Of a stretch of 64,000 bases of DNA, positions 47,395-56,446 are shown piece by piece. The stretch's first letter is position 1. Each line of letters opens with the position of its first letter. Position numbers and translations under genes: made by a program. This DNA is from Fidelibacterota bacterium (GTDB lineage: Bacteria; Fidelibacterota; Marinisomatia; Marinisomatales; JABMOV01): the NCBI GenBank assembly GCA_046861395.1, contig JBHHUC010000003.1, positions 6,381 to 70,380 of the forward strand, written 5' to 3'. A model generated the notes under the pieces. The model had not been told where the DNA came from. It saw nothing but the letters and a program-made list of their open reading frames with translations, and ran no database searches.

Positions 47395-47440
47395 TAGATG
47401 GAAGTTAGCGGCGGAAGGGTGCCGTTGAATACAAAAGGGT

Positions 47441-47474
47441 AAAAAAAAGAGCCCGCAAAATAACGGGCTCTTTT
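47441..47474 (-). terminator. Rho-independent terminator downstream of CDS 47494..49842
   Basis: GAGCCCG (47449-47455) pairs with CGGGCTC (47464-47470) around an 8-nt loop. On the minus strand the stem is followed by a run of 8 U (plus-strand A8 at 47441-47448). Lies 20 nt after the stop. Confidence 0.8.
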
Positions 47475-47493
47475 AGATCCAACTGAGTTGGGA

Positions 47494-49842
47494 TTATTTT
47501 ACCAGAAGCATTCGCTTGGTAACCATACTCTGACCATTGGTTAAGGTATAGATATACATACCACTGGCCAATCCATTGGCATTGAATTGAACCACATGGT
47601 GTCCAACCGGCATAACACCGTTAACCAATGTTGCAACTTCACGACCCATTACATTATAGACAACCAGTTTAACCTTATCGGACGTGTAAAGTTCGAATTC
47701 AATATTCGTGGTCGGATTGAATGGGTTGGGATAGTTCTGGTACAGGTTGAAGGCTGACGGAACAACGGCAATATTATCATCCGTTGAGAGGGCAGCGGTA
47801 AATTTCAACACCCGGCTACCATCGAAATCACAGACATAAGCCGTATTACCATCCGCTGAGAATGTAATCCCGCGAGGCGCACGAATCGTATCACCCTGGG
47901 CAACCGCCGAAGAATTAAACGATACTCCGTATGGCTGACCTGTTCCAATGGAACCCACCAATTGATGGTTGGCACCCGGATCAATTTCATAATATCCGGT
48001 GAAATCACCTTCCGCTACATCCCAGTACGTTCCTACCCATATGGTACTGTCCGGACCCCAGTCCAGAATCTGTCCCCACATGACTTCCTTGTACAGAATG
48101 TCTTCCACTAACCAAGTCCCTTCCGGATCCGTACCAACATAATGGAATACTCCATTATTGTGCGTGCCGCCGTAAATCCGACCATGGTAAATCTCGGTGC
48201 CGGCATTGTTCACGATTAAGGTCCGGCTGATCGCATTGTTCTCACCATCAAATAGTGTATTGACCAGTCCACTCCAATCAACGGCTGCACCTGTATAATC
48301 ATTCGGTAAATCCAGTGATGCATCAAATACCCAAATCGGGTTACCGCTGGGAACGACCATCGTAATGAACATATAGCCATCCGGAGTGGTCGCCGCTTCT
48401 GTTAATGAACCCGGAAAATCATATAAGGCTCCAATGCCTTCTCCCGTCTGATAGTTGATCTGCCAGACATCGTTGTAGGCCGAATACAGAACATTTCCAT
48501 TGTGATCCAAGGAAATACCCCGGCATCCGTTCCACATTGTATCTACACGACCATCCGACCAACTAATGGTTCGAATCGGTGAAAATGAGGCCTGTGTACC
48601 ATCCGGTTCATATACGTAAATCGGCTTGATCGGGATTGTGTCATTCGGTAAACCTAAGGTGTCCGAATAGGCATAGTAACCTACCCAAATACGCCCGTTG
48701 GCATCTACCACAGCCGCGTGCGGCTGTTTACCAACCACAAAATCACTGTCATAGGTCCAACCTGCGAACGAAGGATCATCCTGATAAGGCGGAACCGTGG
48801 TGGTGGTGGCATCATAGGTAAATTTCAACACCCGGCTACCATCGAAATCACAGACATAAGCCGTATTACCATCCGCTGAGAATGTAATCCCGCGAGGCGC
48901 ACGAATCGTATCACCCTGGGCAACCGCCGAAGAATTAAACGATACTCCGTATGGCTGACCTGTTCCAATGGAACCCACCAATTGATGGTTGGCACCCGGA
49001 TCAATTTCATAATATCCGGTGAAATCACCTTCCGCTACATCCCAGTACGTTCCTACCCATATGGTACTGTCCGGACCCCAGTCCAGAATCTGTCCCCACA
49101 TGACTTCCTTGTACAGAATGTCTTCCACTAACCAAGTCCCTTCCGGATCCGTACCAACATAATGGAATACTCCATTATTGTGCGTGCCGCCGTAAATCCG
49201 ACCATGGTAAATCTCGGTGCCGGCATTGTTCACGATTAAGGTCCGGCTGATCGCATTGTTCTCACCATCAAATAGTGTATTGACCAGTCCACTCCAATCA
49301 ACGGCTGCACCTGTATAATCATTCGGTAAATCCAGTGATGCATCAAATACCCAAATCGGGTTACCGCTGGGAACGACCATCGTAATGAACATATAGCCAT
49401 CCGGAGTGGTCGCCGCTTCTGTTAATGAACCCGGAAAATCATATAAGGCTCCAATGCCTTCTCCCGTCTGATAGTTGATCTGCCAGACATCGTTGTAGGC
49501 CGAATACAGAACATTTCCATTGTGATCCAAGGAAATACCCCGGCATCCGTTCCACATTGTATCTACACGACCATCCGACCAACTAATGGTTCGAATCGGT
49601 GAAAATGAGGCCTGTGTACCATCCGGTTCATATACGTAAATCGGCTTGATCGGGATTGTGTCATTCGGTAAACCTAAGGTGTCCGAATAGGCATAGTAAC
49701 CTACCCAAATACGCCCGTTGGCATCTACCACAGCCGCGTGCGGCTGTTTACCAACCACAAAATCACTGTCATAGGTCCAGTCAGCAAACAATGCAGTTGA
49801 TAGAATCAGGGCTAAAAACGATATTGTTAGCATTCTCTTCAT
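47494..49842 (-). CDS. secreted NHL/SMP-30-like beta-propeller protein with an internally duplicated ~340-aa unit and T9SS C-terminal sorting domain
   Basis: 782 aa with a signal peptide. Contains two identical 321-aa blocks (WTYDSDFVVGKQPHAAVVDANGRIWVG...PRGITFSADGNTAYVCDFDGSRVLKFT). Tail NYPNPFNPTTNIEF...VVYNVMGREV...SGMYIYTL...RMLLVK. Confidence 0.7.
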   Translation of the reverse strand: MKRMLTISFLALILSTALFADWTYDSDFVVGKQPHAAVVDANGRIWVGYYAYSDTLGLPNDTIPIKPIYVYEPDGTQASFSPIRTISWSDGRVDTMWNGCRGISLDHNGNVLYSAYNDVWQINYQTGEGIGALYDFPGSLTEAATTPDGYMFITMVVPSGNPIWVFDASLDLPNDYTGAAVDWSGLVNTLFDGENNAISRTLIVNNAGTEIYHGRIYGGTHNNGVFHYVGTDPEGTWLVEDILYKEVMWGQILDWGPDSTIWVGTYWDVAEGDFTGYYEIDPGANHQLVGSIGTGQPYGVSFNSSAVAQGDTIRAPRGITFSADGNTAYVCDFDGSRVLKFTYDATTTTVPPYQDDPSFAGWTYDSDFVVGKQPHAAVVDANGRIWVGYYAYSDTLGLPNDTIPIKPIYVYEPDGTQASFSPIRTISWSDGRVDTMWNGCRGISLDHNGNVLYSAYNDVWQINYQTGEGIGALYDFPGSLTEAATTPDGYMFITMVVPSGNPIWVFDASLDLPNDYTGAAVDWSGLVNTLFDGENNAISRTLIVNNAGTEIYHGRIYGGTHNNGVFHYVGTDPEGTWLVEDILYKEVMWGQILDWGPDSTIWVGTYWDVAEGDFTGYYEIDPGANHQLVGSIGTGQPYGVSFNSSAVAQGDTIRAPRGITFSADGNTAYVCDFDGSRVLKFTAALSTDDNIAVVPSAFNLYQNYPNPFNPTTNIEFELYTSDKVKLVVYNVMGREVATLVNGVMPVGHHVVQFNANGLASGMYIYTLTNGQSMVTKRMLLVK
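47797..48759. repeat. copy A of a 963-bp perfect direct repeat (period 1020 bp) inside CDS 47494..49842
   Basis: Line-by-line comparison of 47797-48759 with 48817-49779 showed no mismatch. The flanks diverge at 47796/48816 and at 48760/49780. Confidence 0.95.
48817..49779. repeat. copy B of the 963-bp perfect direct repeat
   Basis: Identical to 47797-48759. Separated from copy A by a 57-bp linker encoding ...TYDATTTTVPPYQDDPSFAG... Confidence 0.95.
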
Positions 49843-49955
49843 TGCAACTCCCTGCGTTAGTTTGGTTTTAAGATGAATAGCATTATGAAATATTTATCGT
49901 TGCAAGGTAACACTAAATCGAAATATTTTCAATTGATTTATGCTCCTTATGCTCC

Positions 49956-52088
49956 CTATCGAATAATTATGAATTTTCTGTATGTCGAATCCCCTTTGCG
50001 GTACAGCAATTCATCAGTCACGGGGTCAATAATATCCTCCAGTACCTCAAAATATGCAATATATAACCCGGATGTGATGACCTGACGGTATTTTGTGACT
50101 GAATTCCACTCCTGATCGCCACTGCCATCCCGATGGTTAATTTCATGAATAAGATCGCCCCGTTCAGTATAAATCTTAATGCGACATTTCCCCGGAATAT
50201 CGTAAAACATGATCTTATCCGGTTGTCCCGGGAATTGCCGGGCTGTGTTGGCAATATGGTAGGGATTGGGAACAACACGAATTTGATCCAGGCCGCTTCC
50301 CTGCTGGCGCTTTAAAAAGGCCGCCCGGTTGGTTTTCGTATAGAACCGGCTGCTACGTAGCGGACCAGTCGGGTTAGCAATTCCTGTCGTATTCCTACTG
50401 CCATCGGAAACAGAACAAACATAATAATAATAGGAAAACCCCCGAATGGCCGTAACATCTTCAAATTCATAGATTCCCGCCGGACCGGAATAAATCATAT
50501 CAAAAGTCGTATCCGGTTTGCCGACTGCCCGGTAAACTTCATAGCCGGCGAAATTTGATTCAGTTTCTGATAGACTGGCCAGCCAGCTCAGAAAAATCCG
50601 GTCCCCACCTGAATTCACATTAAATACCGGTGGCGGCAAAGGAGGCTGAGGAGTGGCGAAACCGCTGTCATAATTCCGTTTTGCCCGACTGAACGTCAGC
50701 AGCAGGGAATCTTTTCCGGTATAAACCCAGGAATTCTTATACACATCCTTATCGGTGGTCGTTGTACCATCCGGCAGGTCAAACGGACCGGCATCATTGC
50801 TGTTTTCATAGGCAATTTTATAGCGTTCACCAATCAATTCGCACATTTCCCGGGACAGACCGTTGATCCCCTCCGCTTCAACAATGGTAACCGATTCTCC
50901 GTGCGCCAGGTTGAACGGTCCATAGGTAATCATGACATTGGTTCCGCCTTCGTCATTGTGGACGGTTGACGGGTCAACCAGATTGGTTGTTGAATAGGCC
51001 CCTTCCAGCTCATCCATGCGCGTATTACCGCCCTTATCCGCTCCCCCATAGGGATTCCCGGCCAGCATGGAAGCCAACCGTTGCATATTCTGTTCATCCG
51101 AAGGTTGCAGATTCCCCACGCTGGGATAGGTATCTCCGGCATGCCAGCCCAGAAATACCGGCTGGTCCGGATTATCGGTGGAATCATGGGGAGACATATC
51201 CACATGAAGGACCACCGATCCGACATGATGAGGTGATGTCAACCGGCCTTTCCCTGTAAGCTTGGGGGCACCGATATTGTCAAAAGAATTATTGGCATTT
51301 TGTCCCAGCCAACTGAACCCGCAGCGTAACCAGTCAACAATGCCATCCGCTTCCGTCAGCGGATCCGTGGCATGCAAAGCATAATCTTCTCCTCGCTTGG
51401 TGACCCACATATGTTTTCCCCAGGAAGCTGATCCTCCGACATACCATGATGCTTCCCGGCTCCCGCTGTACCGTGTTCCCCAGCCAATACGTACATTCCG
51501 TAAACTATCCGTCAATTCAATCTCATCATCACTGTCGGTATTCCCCGTGTTGGTAAAGGTAAAAACCTTTATGAAATAATTATCATGATATTCCTGGGAG
51601 AAAGCATAAATCGTCCGGTTCATGGTCAATCCCATGGCTGTATTCACGATATTGACAATTTTCCTGTCTGCCGGCAGGTCGGTATCATATTCATCGATAT
51701 CACCAAGATAGGGGGCAGAAAGATTGACACCATCGACATAAACCGCCGGCGGTTCGAATTTTGCGATCTGTTTCATTTCCATGGGAAAAATGCCGGTACC
51801 AACATAGCTCAGTGCGAAATACAAACCGTAGGCATTCCAGAACTGGTTTTTATCGTCGGTAAACGATTCACAGGTCAACCAGGAACGCTTGATGACGGCA
51901 TTATCCTGAAAGGGATAATCCGCCGGCCAGCGCAAACCTTCATAATAGGAAGTATTCCAGGCCCGTTCCGAACCCCAGGCTGAAAAGTGGGATTGCAGAG
52001 ACCCGATGCGAATATAGCGTTTTTCCGTTTCGTTTACCTGGGCCAGACTGAATCCCAGGAAGAGGATGAGAAAAATTTGTTTTTTCAT
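49956..52088 (-). CDS. secreted TBDR-partner protein (uncharacterised family) with FN3-like segment and divergent T9SS-like C-terminal domain
   Basis: 710 aa with a type I signal peptide (FSLAQV). Paralogue of 58003..60048 along its whole length. Tail RVVPNPY...CRIKIYTERGDLIHEINHRDGSGDQEWNS...SGLYIAYFEV...RKFIIIR. Begins 3 nt after the TBDR stop. Confidence 0.6.
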   Translation of the reverse strand: MKKQIFLILFLGFSLAQVNETEKRYIRIGSLQSHFSAWGSERAWNTSYYEGLRWPADYPFQDNAVIKRSWLTCESFTDDKNQFWNAYGLYFALSYVGTGIFPMEMKQIAKFEPPAVYVDGVNLSAPYLGDIDEYDTDLPADRKIVNIVNTAMGLTMNRTIYAFSQEYHDNYFIKVFTFTNTGNTDSDDEIELTDSLRNVRIGWGTRYSGSREASWYVGGSASWGKHMWVTKRGEDYALHATDPLTEADGIVDWLRCGFSWLGQNANNSFDNIGAPKLTGKGRLTSPHHVGSVVLHVDMSPHDSTDNPDQPVFLGWHAGDTYPSVGNLQPSDEQNMQRLASMLAGNPYGGADKGGNTRMDELEGAYSTTNLVDPSTVHNDEGGTNVMITYGPFNLAHGESVTIVEAEGINGLSREMCELIGERYKIAYENSNDAGPFDLPDGTTTTDKDVYKNSWVYTGKDSLLLTFSRAKRNYDSGFATPQPPLPPPVFNVNSGGDRIFLSWLASLSETESNFAGYEVYRAVGKPDTTFDMIYSGPAGIYEFEDVTAIRGFSYYYYVCSVSDGSRNTTGIANPTGPLRSSRFYTKTNRAAFLKRQQGSGLDQIRVVPNPYHIANTARQFPGQPDKIMFYDIPGKCRIKIYTERGDLIHEINHRDGSGDQEWNSVTKYRQVITSGLYIAYFEVLEDIIDPVTDELLYRKGDSTYRKFIIIR

Positions 52089-52091
52089 AAA

Positions 52092-55000
52092 TTATAATTT
52101 CACCGTAAGACCAATTACGATATCCCGCAGATTCAGAAAGGAAACGGGTTGGAGATTTGGCATATCAATATAGGCTTTGGTTTCAAGGATCTTTTTTTCC
52201 TCGGCCGTCAAATTATCCGGATCCACCGGATCAAAGGGCTGGTAGGGTGTATCATAACTGCGGTACTCTCCCAGCCGATCATAGCCTTTCTCCTTGCCCT
52301 CTTCCCAGTCAAAATGCAATGACTCAACATAGTTGATATAATCATAACTGTCGGCAAACCCGGCCGAATTCAAATACTTTTTATTCAACACATTTGTCAC
52401 ATCAATAAAGAAATTCACCCGCGCTGGTTTAAAGGAAAATGATTTTGCCAGGCGTAAATCCACGAACCATTTATTTTTCCATTGCACATTATCAACAATA
52501 CCCGGTTTCCCGCTGGGATTGTAAGTGGAATAGGCGCCGGTTTCATAACTGTAAATCGTGCTGAAGACCCACCCTTCCAGAGGATAAACACCTGCAAAGT
52601 CTGGTCCAAATTTTTCGGGAGATGTGACGTTCAAAACAGCATTGATATATGGTTGCGGATGGGGACGCGATAATTGTGGATTTACCACTTCATATTCACG
52701 CTGGAGATTAGGATCTTCGTAATAGCTGGTTAAGCCGAAATATCCAGATGTTTTTACCAGATAGGTGTAATTAATGAATCCCGTGAACCAGTCACCCCGG
52801 ACTTTTTCCAGGATAAATTCAATGCCGCGAATATCTTCATAATTATTATTAACCGCTTTCCGGTATTTGACCGAACCATTCAGGCTTTGATAATAAATCC
52901 AGCCGATTTGGTTGGTCACATCTTTATAATACGCCGTTACATTCAGTAAGTATATTTCCCTTAAAATGCGACTGAAGCCCAGTTCATAGGCAATGGTCTT
53001 CTCATAGGCCAGGTTGGGATTCCCCAAGTTAGTGACCAGCCCGTTGGATTCTCTTTGAATGCCAAAACGATATTGGGAATTCGGTTCGGAATAGAAATGC
53101 CCGTAATTAAAGAATAATTTCGATACCTCGGAAATAGGAAAGGAAATGCCCAGCCGTGGATTCAGTGAATTCTGAATATCCGGCTGGCGAGTTTTGGTAG
53201 AATCTTCAATCTCATTCCCCAATCCTTGACTGAGTTGCTCATCAAAGGGATTCAAAACATACTCAACCGTATTTGAACTGGAACGCTCTGCTCTCAGGCC
53301 AAGATTGGCAACAAACCCTTCAAATTCAATTTTATCCTGGAAATACAATGATAAACGATAGGGATCGACGGAATATACCAGATCGCGGTTCCAAGTGGAC
53401 ATTGAAGGATTCCTTGCAAAGGAAAAAACATCAAACCGATTCTGAATAAATTCAATGCCCGTCTTGATCAGGTTATTGGGGTTGATTTGATTGGTATAAT
53501 CCAATTTCGCTATGGTAGCCGAAACCGTCGACTTGTCACGGCCGATATTCATCCACCCGCCAATATTCATACCGTCAATTCCAGAAACGCCGTAACCCCA
53601 ATACCCGTAGGGTGCCTCATCGACAAAATAATCCGTAAATAATTCGATGGTTCGAGACGTGTCCCGTAAGGGTGTCTGATATGTTTTATATCGTGAATTG
53701 GAATATTGAAAAATGCTTTCGATATAACTGCTCTGATCGATGATATAATTCAGTTTAATGCCCAGACCCGACCGATAAATTTCCGTGGGGGAATAATAAC
53801 CCGGCATGAATAATACGGCTGCCGCGTTGGCATTCAGCAGATTGGCGACTGATTGATCGGATTTCAGCACATAGCCGGTGGGTGTAGTCGTCCAGTTATA
53901 GGGGGAAACGGAACCCGTTTCCTCATAATGTAATTCTGTTAGGATTTTTAATTTGTCTGAAGTGTCAATATTGAATTTCAGTCGTGTGTTGGCATTGGAA
54001 TACCGGTCCTTGGACAACGGAAATATGAACATGGATTCTTCCGAATAATGGGATAAATAGAACCGGATCAGTCCCAATCCCGGCATTTCTCCCAGAGGAC
54101 CACCAAGAGCCATATCAATGACTCGATCCGGCTCATGAATATCCCCGTTGCGACGATGCTGCCAGAGAAATACTTGCTGAGCCTGCTGTGGCGTAAGGTC
54201 GTTTGTCGGATCGGCATCTTTCAATGTATTTTGCGAAATGGCATTCCAGCCCTCAAAGGCAGGGTACTGTTTTTGGGTATAATCATCCCATCCGCCGGAC
54301 GAAGTTCCCGTCCAGCACACCGTCGAATCCAGGTAGGGACGTAAAAAATAGGAATCAGGATCATAAAGCGACGGTCCGAAATGCTTGGGACCCGGCGGAC
54401 GGTAATACAGGGCAGCCGCCCCATGGTACCGATCACGGCTCCCTTCTTTATTCACAATATTGATGATTCCGGAACGCACGTTCCCGTACTCAGCATTAAA
54501 ACCGCCGGATTGAACCTGTATATCGGTCAAGCCAAGCAGCGATGTCGTGGTCACAGGCGTGAAACTTCTGGCGTCGTTCTGAAGAAATCCATCAATATAT
54601 ACGCCGGCCTGGTTCGCAGCGCTGCCCCGAATAGACAATCCCCGCAACCCGGCCTGTAAACCAAGAACCTGGTCCACATCGGAAACAGGCATTTTCTCAA
54701 TTGATTCTGAAGTAATGGAAATGGTACTGGCGGACACATCCGGTTCCACATAGCGACGTTCGGCAGTAACCGTCACTTCACTTAATTCCACTGCTTCCAG
54801 TTGCATACTCAGATTGATCTGGGTCGTCTGATCGATTTCGACACGCACATCATTGACAATTAACGTGGCATAGCCAATAATTTGCGCATAGAGAGAATAA
54901 TTTCCGGGAGGAATATTTAGTAATGTATAGAACCCGTCAGTCTGAGATACCGCGCCGGCACCGATATTTGGCAAATACACATTTACACCCGGTAAGGGAT

Positions 55001-55109
55001 CATTTGTTTCGGATGATGTGACAATTCCGGAGATTTTACCGGTTACACCGGCCAGGGAAATGGTAATAAATAATAATGAGATTATTACATATTTCCCATG
55101 GTTCCACAT
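52092..55109 (-). CDS. TonB-dependent receptor with N-terminal carboxypeptidase-regulatory-like domain
   Basis: 1005 aa. GKISGIVTSSETNDPLPGVNVYLP...GFYTLLNIPPGNYSLYAQIIGY. Plug motifs LSIRGSAANQAGVYIDGF and SGGFNAEYGNVRSGIINIV. Close paralogue of 60061..63222. Confidence 0.85.
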   Translation of the reverse strand: MWNHGKYVIISLLFITISLAGVTGKISGIVTSSETNDPLPGVNVYLPNIGAGAVSQTDGFYTLLNIPPGNYSLYAQIIGYATLIVNDVRVEIDQTTQINLSMQLEAVELSEVTVTAERRYVEPDVSASTISITSESIEKMPVSDVDQVLGLQAGLRGLSIRGSAANQAGVYIDGFLQNDARSFTPVTTTSLLGLTDIQVQSGGFNAEYGNVRSGIINIVNKEGSRDRYHGAAALYYRPPGPKHFGPSLYDPDSYFLRPYLDSTVCWTGTSSGGWDDYTQKQYPAFEGWNAISQNTLKDADPTNDLTPQQAQQVFLWQHRRNGDIHEPDRVIDMALGGPLGEMPGLGLIRFYLSHYSEESMFIFPLSKDRYSNANTRLKFNIDTSDKLKILTELHYEETGSVSPYNWTTTPTGYVLKSDQSVANLLNANAAAVLFMPGYYSPTEIYRSGLGIKLNYIIDQSSYIESIFQYSNSRYKTYQTPLRDTSRTIELFTDYFVDEAPYGYWGYGVSGIDGMNIGGWMNIGRDKSTVSATIAKLDYTNQINPNNLIKTGIEFIQNRFDVFSFARNPSMSTWNRDLVYSVDPYRLSLYFQDKIEFEGFVANLGLRAERSSSNTVEYVLNPFDEQLSQGLGNEIEDSTKTRQPDIQNSLNPRLGISFPISEVSKLFFNYGHFYSEPNSQYRFGIQRESNGLVTNLGNPNLAYEKTIAYELGFSRILREIYLLNVTAYYKDVTNQIGWIYYQSLNGSVKYRKAVNNNYEDIRGIEFILEKVRGDWFTGFINYTYLVKTSGYFGLTSYYEDPNLQREYEVVNPQLSRPHPQPYINAVLNVTSPEKFGPDFAGVYPLEGWVFSTIYSYETGAYSTYNPSGKPGIVDNVQWKNKWFVDLRLAKSFSFKPARVNFFIDVTNVLNKKYLNSAGFADSYDYINYVESLHFDWEEGKEKGYDRLGEYRSYDTPYQPFDPVDPDNLTAEEKKILETKAYIDMPNLQPVSFLNLRDIVIGLTVKL

Positions 55110-55118
55110 TATAAAAGC

Positions 55119-56435
55119 CTAGTTCGTCCGACCGTAGTATGGTGCTCCCTGTTTGGTCATATCCACTCGGAATAGCCCTTTGTAATTCACGGGATTATAA
55201 TCCCAGGAAGCACCATCGGGAACAGTGGCTGTATTTCGGCTGTTCACATAGAGGTAGTTATTGTTTCCCCAGGTAAGTTTGGTGGCCGGGGCTGGCAAGA
55301 CTTCGGCATAGATCGGTTCCGGTGTGGCATCGGCATACGGAGGCGAAACCTTATACAGGGCCGGCCCCAGACTGGCCAGCGAAGATGGATCAATGTAATC
55401 CACGCCGACAATCAATGTACCGTCAAGTGCAAATGTTAAATCAAATGGTTTTGTAGCATCTGCTCCCAGAGCGGCTTCCCAATCCAACAACAATTCTACG
55501 GGACCCAACGAATCAGAGCTGACGATTGCTGTGCGATAGATACCATAGAGCACAGCCGTGGTGTCCGACCCGATGTATTCTCCGATGACGTAAACATAAT
55601 CTTCAAAAACACGAATGGCGTTTAAATGCACGTCGTCGGGAAATGTGACGGCACTGGTAAAGGATGATTCACCGGCTCCCAAATTGATCCGGTATAAGAC
55701 ATTCCGTCGGCCGCCGGCATACATATTTCCATATGAATCGAAATCCAGATCATAGGCCCGTGTATTACTGGGGAGCCGTACGATATTGTTGGCGTCATTC
55801 CCTTCGTCAACCTCATAAATATTCTTATGTGACATGGCCAGAATCAGCGAACTGTTCGCCGCATAATAGCGCATTCCAATCGCTTTCTGTTTTGCCGAAT
55901 GAGCCGCAAAGGTTACTGAATCCGCCTCTCCGTTGGGAAACACCCGCAGGATTTCCCTGTTTTCCGATTCGGAAACAAAAAGATTTTCGCTGTTATCGAT
56001 GGCAATGGCCCAGAGGTTCGTACCCAACGGATCAAACCCGCCCCAGGAAACAACGGCCGGAAATAGCTTATAGTTATCCCACTCCGCAAATTCATAGGCC
56101 CCGATGACGGAAATCTGAATTTTAACGCTGTCGGCCACAAGGTTCGGCGCTTTGACGACTAATTCGGTGGCAGATAGGGACTGAATTTCGCCGGGATTCC
56201 CGTTGAAATAGATTTGGCAGCGATTGATATCGGAACCAAAATTTTCTCCCGTTATCGTCAGGATTCCAATCCCGGCAAAGGCCGAATCCGCCGGAGCAAT
56301 TGACGTGATAACCGGGTCGGGTAAAACGTCCGGATTATCATTATATATTTTTTCCGGATAATTGGGACTCTCACAACTGAAGAGTCCAATGGTTATCAGT
56401 CCTAAAATCAACGTAAATCGTTTCATGATCAGCAT
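55119..56435 (-). CDS. IPT/TIG-domain + beta-propeller (NHL-like) lipoprotein
   Basis: 438 aa with lipobox IGLFSC. ITSIAPADSAFAGIGILTITGENFGSD...IYFNGNPGEIQSLSATELVVKAP is an IPT/TIG-like Ig domain. The rest is repeat-like beta-rich sequence. Confidence 0.6.
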   Translation of the reverse strand: MLIMKRFTLILGLITIGLFSCESPNYPEKIYNDNPDVLPDPVITSIAPADSAFAGIGILTITGENFGSDINRCQIYFNGNPGEIQSLSATELVVKAPNLVADSVKIQISVIGAYEFAEWDNYKLFPAVVSWGGFDPLGTNLWAIAIDNSENLFVSESENREILRVFPNGEADSVTFAAHSAKQKAIGMRYYAANSSLILAMSHKNIYEVDEGNDANNIVRLPSNTRAYDLDFDSYGNMYAGGRRNVLYRINLGAGESSFTSAVTFPDDVHLNAIRVFEDYVYVIGEYIGSDTTAVLYGIYRTAIVSSDSLGPVELLLDWEAALGADATKPFDLTFALDGTLIVGVDYIDPSSLASLGPALYKVSPPYADATPEPIYAEVLPAPATKLTWGNNNYLYVNSRNTATVPDGASWDYNPVNYKGLFRVDMTKQGAPYYGRTN

Positions 56436-56446
56436 CCTTTTATCAC

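Noticed and set aside
47797-49779. Possibility that the long repeat is a CRISPR array, IS element or rRNA-like repeat
   Set aside because: There are only two copies with a period of 1020 bp. They are in frame within a protein-coding gene and encode a propeller domain. There are no short repeat-spacer units, terminal inverted repeats or transposase.
49873-50085. 70-aa plus-strand ORF spanning the 49843-49955 intergenic region
   Set aside because: It is mostly antisense to the conserved C-terminal domain of 49956..52088. It has low-complexity AT-rich codons and no RBS.
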